From Thermoanaerobaculia bacterium (lineage in GTDB: Bacteria > Acidobacteriota > Thermoanaerobaculia > Multivoradales > Multivoraceae): 64,000 nt of DNA. Made by a program: the position numbers and the translations under genes. This document shows, piece by piece, positions 35,698 to 46,208 of this stretch (positions within the stretch are counted from its first letter, which is position 1; every line of letters starts with the position of its first letter). The notes beneath the pieces are model-generated. The model was given only the letters and a program-made list of their open reading frames with translations, had not been told where the DNA came from and made no database searches. Location of the stretch: NCBI GenBank assembly GCA_963666565.1, contig OY762911.1, positions 2,336,001-2,400,000 on the forward strand, in the 5' to 3' direction.

Positions 35698-37332
35698 CTA
35701 GCCGGTCGAGATCGCGGCGGCGGTCCGCGGCGCCCGATCCGCCGGTCTTCTCCCGTAGCCCAGGTTCCGCAGCACGTCCTCCGTCGAGTGCGCCGGCAGG
35801 ACCTCGCACGAGAGGGTGCCGTCGTCGTCGCGGTCGATCAGGACCTCCGTCGCCTCGGGGAGGACGCAGTGCTTGCTGCCACGCACGCCGCCGAGCATCT
35901 CCTGGTAGGCGCCGACGGAGAAGAACCCGACGTGAAGCGGCTTCTCGGCCAGGTCGGCGGTAGTCGTGTGCGGGAGGAAGAGGGGCACGGCGCTGGCGCG
36001 GGGAGGGTACACGTCGTCCCGGTCGCAGGTGATCCCGCCCAGTCGAACCCGCCGGAAGGGCCGGTCGAGGTGGTTGAGCGGCAGGCAGATGAAGTGCTCG
36101 CCGAGGGCCCATGTGTCCGGGAAGGAGGTCATGATCGAGCCGTTGACGAGATGCCAGGGCAGCCGCGAGCCGTTCTCCTTGACGGCGATGACCCGGAACA
36201 TGTGTGCAGCGTGCTCGGACACGGTGTAGCGCCCGAACTCGCCGATCAGCGCCGGCGGTCGCGTACCGTGGCGGGCGCAGACGGCCAGCGCCTTCCTCAG
36301 CAGGAGGCGGGCGAATCGGTCGTGGTCGAACCCGTCGTCCAGCGTGGTTCGGCCGGGGACTCCGCCGCCGAAGTCGAAGTAGCGGAGGTGGGGATGCCGC
36401 CGGCCGAGCCGGGCGTAGAGGTCGAGTCCGGGTTCGAGAGCCTCGACGAACTCCTCTTCGTCGCAACTCGCGGATCCGAACATCGCGTGCAGGAGGACGA
36501 AGCGCGTGCCGGGCGCCCCGTCGACCTCGGCCGCCAGCCGCTCGACTTCGTCCGCCTCCAGTCCGAAGCGCGAGTCGTCCTCGGCGTCGGCCGCGCGAGC
36601 CGCCACTCCGTCGGGCCGCAACGCCGCGCCGGCCGGCGGACGGCGTTCCGCTGCGCCGGGTCGGGAGGCTGCGCCGGGTCGGGGGGCTGTGCCGGGCGCG
36701 GCGATCTGCCGCGGTCGTCGGAGACGAATGCCGAGTTCGAACTCCCGGCCGCCGCCCGCGAACCCGCTCAGTTCGGCCGCGTCCTCCAGGATCGGGATCG
36801 TCCGCCGGTGCTCGCGCCGCAGCGCCGCCAGGTTCCTCGCGTAGTCGCTGCCCGGCGCCTTGAACCCGTTCGCAAGCACCAGCCGGTCCTCCGGCAACAG
36901 GCCGCGGCGGATCATCCGCCGCGCGATCTCGACGTCGACGTTCGACGACATCTCGTGGTGCGCCCCGGCGGCAAGCGTCGAGCGGACGATCTCCTCGGCC
37001 GTGTTCGCTTTCGAGGCGTAGGCGAAGAGGAACGGAGCGGGGTAGCCGAGAGCGTCCGCCGCGCGGGCGAAACACGCCTCCATCGCCGCCACCTGCTCGC
37101 GGATGTTCGGCAGGAAGGCGACCTCCAGCGGGCTGGGCATCGCCTCCGCCGGCAGGCCGGCGGCGAGAGATCGCCCGGCCTCGAAGAACGCCGCGAGGTC
37201 CAGTCCGTGGGCCCGCAGCCTGCCTCCGGTCGCTTCGAGAAAGTCGTTGAACCGGTAGCTCTTGGGGACCGGTTTCGAGGACTGCCAGCCGATCCTGCAT
37301 GCTACGGAGGGCGGCGCGTGAGTGAAGTCCAT
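35698..37332 (-). CDS. Fold-type III PLP decarboxylase, arginine decarboxylase-like
   Basis: YASKAN (PLP lysine), FDFGGG, GEFGRY, TCDRDD, GAYQEMLGG motifs. Confidence 0.78.
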   Translation of the reverse strand: MDFTHAPPSVACRIGWQSSKPVPKSYRFNDFLEATGGRLRAHGLDLAAFFEAGRSLAAGLPAEAMPSPLEVAFLPNIREQVAAMEACFARAADALGYPAPFLFAYASKANTAEEIVRSTLAAGAHHEMSSNVDVEIARRMIRRGLLPEDRLVLANGFKAPGSDYARNLAALRREHRRTIPILEDAAELSGFAGGGREFELGIRLRRPRQIAAPGTAPRPGAASRPGAAERRPPAGAALRPDGVAARAADAEDDSRFGLEADEVERLAAEVDGAPGTRFVLLHAMFGSASCDEEEFVEALEPGLDLYARLGRRHPHLRYFDFGGGVPGRTTLDDGFDHDRFARLLLRKALAVCARHGTRPPALIGEFGRYTVSEHAAHMFRVIAVKENGSRLPWHLVNGSIMTSFPDTWALGEHFICLPLNHLDRPFRRVRLGGITCDRDDVYPPRASAVPLFLPHTTTADLAEKPLHVGFFSVGAYQEMLGGVRGSKHCVLPEATEVLIDRDDDGTLSCEVLPAHSTEDVLRNLGYGRRPADRAPRTAAAISTG

Positions 37333-37390
37333 GAGTCCCTCGGGGCGGGCTGTTCCCGCCCGCTACGGATTGTACCGACAGCCCTGGCCG

Positions 37391-38074
37391 TCAGGAGGCC
37401 GTCAGTGCCGGAGTGTCGACGAGGTCGGGGAGGAAGGGCTCTCGCACGAGGGACTTCCAGAACGCGGGTTCCTCGTCGCAGGCGACGCGAAGCCAACTCT
37501 CGTCGGCCAACGCTTCCGCGAGATCGGACCAGTGGTCGGCCAGGAAGGTAAACGCGTTGGCTCGGGGATGCGACTTGCTGCCCGGCGACGAGACGCCGAA
37601 GTACGGCCCCATGGGCGCGACGCCGAAGGATGACGGCACTGTTTCGGGCCCAACCTCCAGTCGGCTTGCGATCCGCTCTGCTTCCGCCTCATCCGAATCC
37701 TCAAGCGCGGCAAGCAGATCGGCGTAGATGCCATCGGGCTGGTCTTCCGGCTGGGTGGGCGGGAAGCCCAGGAGATTCCGAGGCCGAGCGTAGTGCCGAG
37801 CGAGTGCCGCCCTGTCGGCCCAGCGTTGCCGGCAGGCAACGAAGTCCAGGCTCACGAAGCGGTTGCTTGCGCCGACATCGACGGTCACGAGGCCCCGGTC
37901 ACGGACGAATTTCAGCAGGATTCCCTCCGCCTCGAACACGACGAAGGCGTTGCCGAAGTTCGCTTCGTCGTAGTCGTCTCGGACGATCGTGAGATGCCCC
38001 AACTCAAGGTGGGAGAGCTGCTCGTAGAGCTCTGCCGCGAAGGGGCTCTTGGCCGTCATGGCTTGGTGGGCCAT
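37391..38074 (-). CDS. Hypothetical protein, candidate immunity protein
   Basis: FGNA......LKFVRDRG motif, which I recall from proteins encoded after Rhs toxins; 16 nt downstream of the tip-like gene. Confidence 0.55.
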   Translation of the reverse strand: MAHQAMTAKSPFAAELYEQLSHLELGHLTIVRDDYDEANFGNAFVVFEAEGILLKFVRDRGLVTVDVGASNRFVSLDFVACRQRWADRAALARHYARPRNLLGFPPTQPEDQPDGIYADLLAALEDSDEAEAERIASRLEVGPETVPSSFGVAPMGPYFGVSSPGSKSHPRANAFTFLADHWSDLAEALADESWLRVACDEEPAFWKSLVREPFLPDLVDTPALTAS

Positions 38075-38090
38075 CGGTTTGCCTCGGTTG

Positions 38091-38378
38091 TCAGGGGAGG
38101 AAAGCCGTCAGATCGGGAGCAACCCGTACTCCCCGGCTGAGGAGATACTCTAACTCCCCTTCGAAGAAGCTGTTGCGCCGAGCGTCTTGAGGCCGGTTCG
38201 AGAAGACGATCTGCGACCCGGCCTGGATCACTTGGGTCTCGAGAAACCTCCTGTTCAGCTCCCACCGCTGAACTGCCGAGAGGCGGTTCCAGATGCGCTC
38301 GGGCACGGAGAAGCAGGTGGCGTCCAGTCTTCCGGCCAGGTCGACGTACTCGGGGTGGTGTCCGAGAGCCACGTTCAT
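38091..38378 (-). CDS. Stand-alone protein resembling an Rhs C-terminal toxin domain
   Basis: LGHHPEY...F.VP..IW......RW..N.RFL...SFFEGELEYL..RG pattern; Shine-Dalgarno GAGG 8 nt before the ATG. Confidence 0.55.
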   Translation of the reverse strand: MNVALGHHPEYVDLAGRLDATCFSVPERIWNRLSAVQRWELNRRFLETQVIQAGSQIVFSNRPQDARRNSFFEGELEYLLSRGVRVAPDLTAFLP

Positions 38379-38421
38379 GAAGCGGGCCTCATGAGCCCTT
38401 TTGGATTCGCGCCGGAGGTGC

Positions 38422-38853
38422 TCACCGCAGCCCCTCGTCCAGCCGGAAAGTGCGAATCGTGCCGGCTTCCACTTCGCGGAAGTGCGGGTGCCGGGGGTTG
38501 ATGACGATGTTCCTGTCGAGCGGATTGACCGCGCTGGGCACGGTGATTGCCAAGCCGCGCTCGAGCGCCTCGCCGCCAAGCCGCGAACAGTCCGTCTCGT
38601 CCGGCGCGACGTCGAGATACTCGATGCGTTCGTCCGGGACGACGAGGTCGACGATCCGGTACTCGGGGCGGTCCACTCCGAACGGCAGGCCGGCCAGGAT
38701 CTCCAGCAGCGCGAGGGAGGAGTTCTCGCTGCAGTAGACGGCGGGTACGCCCGGTGGATTCCAGCGGCCGCCTCTCTCGGCCGCGCCGGCGCCGCTCAGC
38801 ATGACCGCGAGGTCGCGTGCGTACCGGGCCTTGGCCAGGCGCCAGACTCTCAT
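38422..38853 (-). CDS. RES-domain toxin (NAD+-targeting)
   Basis: GGRWNPPG, YCSENSSLALLE, VPSA, NIVINPRHP motifs. Confidence 0.9.
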   Translation of the reverse strand: MRVWRLAKARYARDLAVMLSGAGAAERGGRWNPPGVPAVYCSENSSLALLEILAGLPFGVDRPEYRIVDLVVPDERIEYLDVAPDETDCSRLGGEALERGLAITVPSAVNPLDRNIVINPRHPHFREVEAGTIRTFRLDEGLR

Positions 38854-38929
38854 CGGCAATCCGCGCCGGGTTGCCGGCGCTCTCCGGCCGTTCCGGCCGG
38901 GCGACGCCGCCGAACGTGGCCAGGGGCTC

Positions 38930-39328
38930 TCACAGCGGAATCCCGTGGGCCAGCCGGTGCAGCACGGTGACGACCTCCTCGGCGCCTTGGTCGGTATCCG
39001 AGCGCTCCAGGGGCGTTTCCCCTTGCAGGGCCGGGTTGGCGTGCTTGAGCCAACGGACGGCGGCGTCGTGACGGTAGTCGTAGAACTCGAGAGCCGCGTT
39101 GTAAACCCTGGCCAGCCGCGCGGCGCGGTCGCTCTCGTGGCGAGTCAGCCGGCCCTGCTTGAACCGGCGGAGCAGCGTCTGGCGCGGGATCCCCACGACC
39201 GCGACGAGCTCAAGGTCCGAGATGGCGAGGCGCTGCTTCAGCTCCAACAGGATGGACGTGGAGGCGCCGCCCCTGATCTGCTCCATGTCGGGAAGGCTCA
39301 GTGGCTGGATTTCGTCTGGGTCGTTCAT
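38930..39328 (-). CDS. Xre/MbcA/ParS antitoxin (HTH + DUF2384)
   Basis: GIPRQTLLRR, ESDRAARLARV, WL..ANPALQGETPL, RLAHGI motifs. Confidence 0.9.
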   Translation of the reverse strand: MNDPDEIQPLSLPDMEQIRGGASTSILLELKQRLAISDLELVAVVGIPRQTLLRRFKQGRLTRHESDRAARLARVYNAALEFYDYRHDAAVRWLKHANPALQGETPLERSDTDQGAEEVVTVLHRLAHGIPL

Positions 39329-39353
39329 TCCTCGCTCCCGGGCAGGCGGCGTG

Positions 39354-39383
39354 CCATTTGGTGCGACGCAATGTACCACATGG
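39354..39383. promoter_or_regulatory. Candidate Xre operator pair
   Basis: CCATTTGG and CCACATGG palindromic boxes 22 bp apart, just upstream of the antitoxin gene. Confidence 0.45.
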
Positions 39384-39418
39384 AGGGAATGGTGCGGGCG
39401 CCGATCCGCACCTGGTTC

Positions 39419-39499
39419 CCTGGCCGCTTTCGGCGGCAGGCGGGTCAGAAGACCCGCGAACCCAGTGGGACGGATGCGGGTCGGAGGACCCGCGCATCC
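39419..39499. repeat. Two degenerate reverse REP cores with arm
   Basis: 39440-39463 and 39476-39499. Confidence 0.85.
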
Positions 39500-39528
39500 G
39501 GTGCCGGCGCGAGCCGTATTCTTGGCGT

Positions 39529-40842
39529 GTGGCGGACACGCTCAGACAGCGGGCGGAGGAGATCTTCCGCGCAGGCGTCGCCGCCGCCGACCCGCAGGCG
39601 GCCACCGCCGCGGCACTCGGCGAGCTCGACCTGCAAGCCGGGCCAGACGGCCGGACGGCGGCGTTCGCGGTGGGGAAGGCGGCGTTCGGCATGGCCGAAG
39701 CCGCCGCCGCGGCGCTCGGCGACCGCCTCCGGGCCGCCGACGCGCTGCTCGTCACGCATGACGAAGCGGTCCGCCTCGGCCGCTTCGAGGCCCTGCGTTC
39801 GGGACATCCGCTGCCGGACGAACGGGGCCTCGCCGCGGCCCGGGAAGTCGAACGGCGGGCCGCCGCGCTGGGCCGCGGCGACCTGGCCCTGGTCCTGATC
39901 TCGGGCGGCGCTTCCGCGCTGCTGCCGGCGCCGGTCCCGGGCATCGCTCTGGCCGACAAACTGGAGACCACCCGCCTGCTTATCCGCGGCGGCGCGACGA
40001 TCCACGAGTTGAACGCGGTGCGCAAGCACCTCTCGACGACCAAGGGCGGCGGGTTGCTGCGGCAGTTGCGCCCGGCGCGCGTCGTGACGCTCGCTCTGTC
40101 GGATGTCATCGACGACGATCCGTCGGCGATCGGCAGCGGTCCGACGGCGCCCGATCCGTCGACCTTCGAGGACGCCCTCGACGTGTTCGCCCGCCGCGGT
40201 GCGCTGGACACGTGCCCGGCGCCGGTGCGGGAACGGCTCGAGGCGGGCGGTCGCGGCGAGCTGGAGGAGACGCCGAAGCCGGGCGACTCCATCTTCGACG
40301 AGGCGGTCTACCGGATCGTCGGCGGCAACCGGACCAGCGTCGGGGCGATGGTCGCGGCCTGCGGCGACGGCGTCGAGGTGGAACCGGCACCGCTCGAAGG
40401 CGAGGCCCGCGACGTCGGCGCCAAGCTGGCGAGGCGGTTCGCCGGCGCGCCTCCGCCGGCCGCCTGGGTCGGCGGAGGCGAGACGACCGTCACGGTGCGC
40501 GGCGCGGGCAAGGGAGGCCGCAACCAGGAACTCGCCCTCGCCTTCGCGCTCGAAGCGGCGAAGGGCCCGCTCGGCGGCCAGCCCGGCTGGGCGTTCCTCG
40601 CCGCCGGCACGGACGGGCGCGACGGCCCCACGGACGCCGCGGGCGGCCTCGTCGACGCCTCGACGGTCGAGCGCATGCGGACCGCCGGCGTCGATCCGGT
40701 CGCCGCGCTCGCGGACAACGACTCCTACCGCGCCCTCGACGCCGCCAGCGCGCTGCTCCGCACGGGCGCGACCGGCACGAACGTTGCAGATATCTTCGTG
40801 TTCCTGTCCAGGACATTCGCGGGCAAGGGTGCGCGGGTCTGA
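39529..40842 (+). CDS. Glycerate 2-kinase (DUF4147/MOFRL, TtuD-like)
   Basis: GKAA, GHPLPD, ISGGASAL, GGETTV, GGRNQE, GTDGRDG, TGTNVAD motifs; GTG start with TATTCT 6 nt upstream. Confidence 0.9.
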   Translation: MADTLRQRAEEIFRAGVAAADPQAATAAALGELDLQAGPDGRTAAFAVGKAAFGMAEAAAAALGDRLRAADALLVTHDEAVRLGRFEALRSGHPLPDERGLAAAREVERRAAALGRGDLALVLISGGASALLPAPVPGIALADKLETTRLLIRGGATIHELNAVRKHLSTTKGGGLLRQLRPARVVTLALSDVIDDDPSAIGSGPTAPDPSTFEDALDVFARRGALDTCPAPVRERLEAGGRGELEETPKPGDSIFDEAVYRIVGGNRTSVGAMVAACGDGVEVEPAPLEGEARDVGAKLARRFAGAPPPAAWVGGGETTVTVRGAGKGGRNQELALAFALEAAKGPLGGQPGWAFLAAGTDGRDGPTDAAGGLVDASTVERMRTAGVDPVAALADNDSYRALDAASALLRTGATGTNVADIFVFLSRTFAGKGARV

Positions 40843-40963
40843 GATCCGTCCGCCCGAGGACGGGCGCTCGGACTGTGACGCGACTGGCGCGGGGACGCGC
40901 CTACCGGGTTCCGACCCGCATAGGGTTTCTCGGGCGGCATTCGCCTGTATGGGAGGATTCGGA

Positions 40964-43900
40964 GTGAAGAGAGAGAGCATGCATGCCCTGGCCGGCGCCG
41001 GTTCGGGTTTCCGTGGACCTGTCGCCATCCCGCGTCGCGCCGCGCTCGCGCTCGCCGGGCTGGCGCTCCTGCTCGCCGCGCCCGCCGCCGGCATCGTCTA
41101 CGTCGACCCGGGCGACGCCGTCATGGTGGATCGCGCGCCGATCGTCGTGTTCGGCGAGGTGCGGTCGGTGATGCCGGCGCCCGGCGCCCGCCACCCGTCC
41201 ACCGACGCCGTCTTCGAGGTCGCGCAGGTGCTGAAGGGGAGCGTGCCCGGCGGCGCCATCGTCGTCCGCCAGTTCGGGGGCCTGGGCGACGACGGCGTGT
41301 TCACAAGCATCCGGGGACTGCCGGCGATGGCGCCCGGCGACCGGATGCTGCTCTTCCTCGAGGAGATTCCGGACGCGCGCGACACCGTCGCGTACCGCAC
41401 GGTGGAACTGTCGCTGGGCATGTTCTTCGAGGCGCCGTCGGCCGCGGGCAGGCTGCTCGTGCGCGAGGCCGCCCTTCACGACGAGGCGCCGGCGCTCTCC
41501 GGCGGGGCGGAGGCCGGGCACGAGAGCCGGGGGCCCCGGATGAGCGAGAGTTTCCGCGGCTGGATCGCCGACCGCGCCCGTGGCGAGGAGCGGGAGGCGG
41601 ACTACTTCGCGGCGGCGCCGGCCGGCGAGCCGGTCTCCGTGGCTGCGCCCTACCGGCTGATCTCCTCGCCCTCGGGGTGCGCCGCGCCGGAGCTTCCCAT
41701 TCGCTGGCGGCAGTTCGACCGGGGACGGAGCGTCGGGTTCACGATTCAGGCCGACGGCCAGCCGGGCGTCCCCGGCGGCGGGATCGCGGAGGTGGTACGC
41801 GCGCTGCGGGCCTGGAACGAGGATCCGGAGAGCACCATCGACCTCGCGAACCGGGGCGTCACGAACAGGAAGGCCGAGGTCGTCCGGAGCGACGGCGTCA
41901 ACTCCGTCCTCTTCGAGGACCCGCACGACGTGATTCCGGGCTACTTCCAGGCCAGCACCGGCGGCATTCTGGCGATCGCTCTCGTCCGCTTTCGCTGCGC
42001 GGAGGAGAACCTCCACCGGATCCCCGGCAACAGGGCGCACGAGGCCGTTCCCATTGTCGAGGCCGACATCCTGACCCAGGACGGCTACGGCCGGAGCTGG
42101 GCGGCCCTGAGCCTGAGCCCCGGCAAGGTGCACGAGAGCGTGATGGCGCACGAACTGGGCCATGCGCTGGGGCTTGCCCACTCCTGCGCCCAGGGCTTCG
42201 CCGACACCTGCAGCGCGCTGACCGCCGATTCGCTGATGAAGGCGACCGCCCGCGGCAAGAGCATCTACAAGGGCGGTCAGCCGAACGCCGACGATCTGGC
42301 CGCGGTTCGGTTCCTCTATCCGGCGCACCGCGGTCCCGCGAGCCCCACCGACCTGAACGCCACGACGATCGACCGGCAGAGCATCGAGCTTGTGTGGCAG
42401 GACAACTCGGACGACGAGACGGCCTTCGACATCTTCGAGCGCGAGGTCCATCGGACGGACTTCACGCCGATCGCCAGCGTCGACGCGAACGCGACGTCCT
42501 TCGTCGTCGAGGGCCTGCCGCCCGCGACCTACCGGGCTTACCGGGTGGCGTCGCGGAACGCCGGCGGCCGATCCTCGGCTACCAGCGAAGCCAGCGCGGT
42601 CACGCACGGCGAGACGGGACCGTGCGTCGAGGACGGGCGGACTCTCTGCCTGAACGACGGCAGGTTCCGGGTGACGGCGGAGTGGGCCGCCGCGGACGGC
42701 GCCGGCGGCCAAGGCGGCTCGATGCCGCTGACGCCGGACACGGGCGCCTTCTGGTTCTTCGACTCGGCCAACGTCGAGATGGTGGTGAAGCTGCTCGACG
42801 GCTGCGGCCTGAACGAGCGCTTCTGGGTCTTCGCCGGCGGACTGACGGATACCGAGGTCCGGTTGACCGTGGTCGACACCCGGACCGGCATCGCCGGCAC
42901 CTGGTTCAATCCGGAGGGGACGCTCCTGTCTCCGATTCAGGACAACGAGGCGTTCGAGACCTGCGAACCGGCGACCGAGAACAGCGCGGCGGCGAGCCGT
43001 CCGGCGCCCGCGGAGCGTTCGCGCTCGGCCGGGCGCGCGTCCGATCCCGACCGGGAAGTCCAGCGCGCGCTGGAGCGGTTCCGCGCCGCTCGCGTGCCGG
43101 CGGCACAGGCCGCGCCGGGCGAGTGCGTTGCCGGCGACGAGACCCTCTGCCTGGAGAACGGCCGCTTCCGCGTCCGCCTGCACTGGGAGACCGAGGACGA
43201 GGAAGCGGGCCGCGGCATGGCCCTGCCGCTCAGCGGCGACACCGGGCTGTTCTGGTTCTTCGACGCCGCCAACATCGAGATCGTGATCAAGGTACTCGAT
43301 GGCTGCGCGGTGAACGGCGCCCGCTGGGTGTTCGCGGGAGGTCTGACCGACGTTGCCGTCGAGATGACGGTGGTGGACGTCCTCACCGGCGCCACGCGGA
43401 CCTACGGCAACGCTCTGGGCAGACCGTTTCGCGCCATCAAGGACACGAGGTTCTTCTCGTGTTCCGCCACGGACGATCACGGCGACGCCATCGCGGCGGC
43501 GACGGACATTCCCCTCGAGCGCTCCCTGGCCGGCCACCTGGGGCCCGGCGACAGCGACTTCTTCGTCTTCCGGGTTCCCCGCGCGGGCAGGGTGCAGCTC
43601 CGCACGACGGGCTCGACCGACACCGAGGGCGCGCTGCTGAACGCCGTCGGGGAGGTTCTGGCCAGCGACTCGGATTCGGGGGCCGACGCGAACTTCCGGC
43701 TCGCCGTCCGGGTGGGGCCGGGGACGTACTACGTCCGCGTCACCGGCAAGGACGGCGAAGCGACCGGCGCCTACGAGCTGCACACGGGCTTCTCGGCCAA
43801 CACCGTCATCTCCAAGCGGGACCGCAACGCGCTGATCGCGCTCTACCGGGCGACCGACGGTCCGAACTGGACCGAGAAGGAGAACTGGCTCAGCAACCGG

Positions 43901-44701
43901 CCTCTCGACGAGTGGTACGGCGTGACGACCAACTCGGCCGGGCGCGTGACCTGGCTCGAGCTGAGCTTCAACGGGCTGAAGGGGAGCATCCCGGCCGCGA
44001 TCGGCGACCTGGACCGCCTCCTTGTGCTGCTTCTCGCCGGAAACGAGTTGACGGGATCGATTCCCGGCGAGATCGGGAATCTCCGCGAACTCGTCTTCCT
44101 GTTCCTGCAGTCGAACGAGTTGACCGGGGAGATCCCGGCCGAACTGGGGAGGCTCCGCGACCTGCTTGCTCTGTATCTGCAATCCAACCGGTTGACCGGC
44201 GAGATTCCGCCGGAGTTGGGGCGTCTGCCCCGCCTCGGCTTCCTGGGGTTGGGTCTCAACGCGCTGACCGGCGAGATTCCCGCCTCGTTCCGCAACCTGT
44301 CCGGGCTGACGTACCTGGGGGCGCGGGAGAACGAACTGACCGGCGCGATTCCCGCCTGGCTGGGCGAACTGACGGAACTGACGTGGCTCCTGGTCGGCGA
44401 CAACGAACTCACCGGCGCGATACCGCCGGAACTCGGCAACCTGACGGCTCTCGAGTCGCTCCGCCTGTGGTCCAACCCTCTGACCGGTCCGGTACCGCCC
44501 GAGATCGGCCGCCTCACGGCGTTGACGGAGTTCTACATCCACGACACGGAGCTCTCCGGCGCGCTGCCGGACGAACTCCTCGACGTCGGCGGACTCCAGT
44601 CCTTCTGGTTCCACCTCAGCGAGCTCTGCGCTCCCTCCACCGCCGAGTTCGACGAGTGGCTCGGGGCCATCGAGAACTGGCAGGGGGACCGCTGCGACTG
44701 A
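40964..44701 (+). CDS. Secreted matrixin-like metallopeptidase with FN3, 2 Cys-repeat domains, PPC-like domain and leucine-rich repeats
   Basis: Shine-Dalgarno GGGAGG before GTG (alternative ATG 40979); signal peptide; HELGHALGLAH and SLM; 24-aa repeats LxLxxNxLTGxIPxELGxL. Confidence 0.85.
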   Translation: MKRESMHALAGAGSGFRGPVAIPRRAALALAGLALLLAAPAAGIVYVDPGDAVMVDRAPIVVFGEVRSVMPAPGARHPSTDAVFEVAQVLKGSVPGGAIVVRQFGGLGDDGVFTSIRGLPAMAPGDRMLLFLEEIPDARDTVAYRTVELSLGMFFEAPSAAGRLLVREAALHDEAPALSGGAEAGHESRGPRMSESFRGWIADRARGEEREADYFAAAPAGEPVSVAAPYRLISSPSGCAAPELPIRWRQFDRGRSVGFTIQADGQPGVPGGGIAEVVRALRAWNEDPESTIDLANRGVTNRKAEVVRSDGVNSVLFEDPHDVIPGYFQASTGGILAIALVRFRCAEENLHRIPGNRAHEAVPIVEADILTQDGYGRSWAALSLSPGKVHESVMAHELGHALGLAHSCAQGFADTCSALTADSLMKATARGKSIYKGGQPNADDLAAVRFLYPAHRGPASPTDLNATTIDRQSIELVWQDNSDDETAFDIFEREVHRTDFTPIASVDANATSFVVEGLPPATYRAYRVASRNAGGRSSATSEASAVTHGETGPCVEDGRTLCLNDGRFRVTAEWAAADGAGGQGGSMPLTPDTGAFWFFDSANVEMVVKLLDGCGLNERFWVFAGGLTDTEVRLTVVDTRTGIAGTWFNPEGTLLSPIQDNEAFETCEPATENSAAASRPAPAERSRSAGRASDPDREVQRALERFRAARVPAAQAAPGECVAGDETLCLENGRFRVRLHWETEDEEAGRGMALPLSGDTGLFWFFDAANIEIVIKVLDGCAVNGARWVFAGGLTDVAVEMTVVDVLTGATRTYGNALGRPFRAIKDTRFFSCSATDDHGDAIAAATDIPLERSLAGHLGPGDSDFFVFRVPRAGRVQLRTTGSTDTEGALLNAVGEVLASDSDSGADANFRLAVRVGPGTYYVRVTGKDGEATGAYELHTGFSANTVISKRDRNALIALYRATDGPNWTEKENWLSNRPLDEWYGVTTNSAGRVTWLELSFNGLKGSIPAAIGDLDRLLVLLLAGNELTGSIPGEIGNLRELVFLFLQSNELTGEIPAELGRLRDLLALYLQSNRLTGEIPPELGRLPRLGFLGLGLNALTGEIPASFRNLSGLTYLGARENELTGAIPAWLGELTELTWLLVGDNELTGAIPPELGNLTALESLRLWSNPLTGPVPPEIGRLTALTEFYIHDTELSGALPDELLDVGGLQSFWFHLSELCAPSTAEFDEWLGAIENWQGDRCD

Positions 44702-44711
44702 TTCCGACGCT

Positions 44712-46161
<1,450 letters not shown>

Positions 46162-46208
46162 TCATTCTTGGCTGTAGGATGCGCCGGTTCCACCGGGAGG
46201 GAGTTCGG

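Noticed and set aside
40103-40963. N-terminal extension making a 1532-aa protease fusion
   Set aside because: It overlaps glycerate kinase in another frame; the Shine-Dalgarno and signal peptide place the start at 40964 or 40979.
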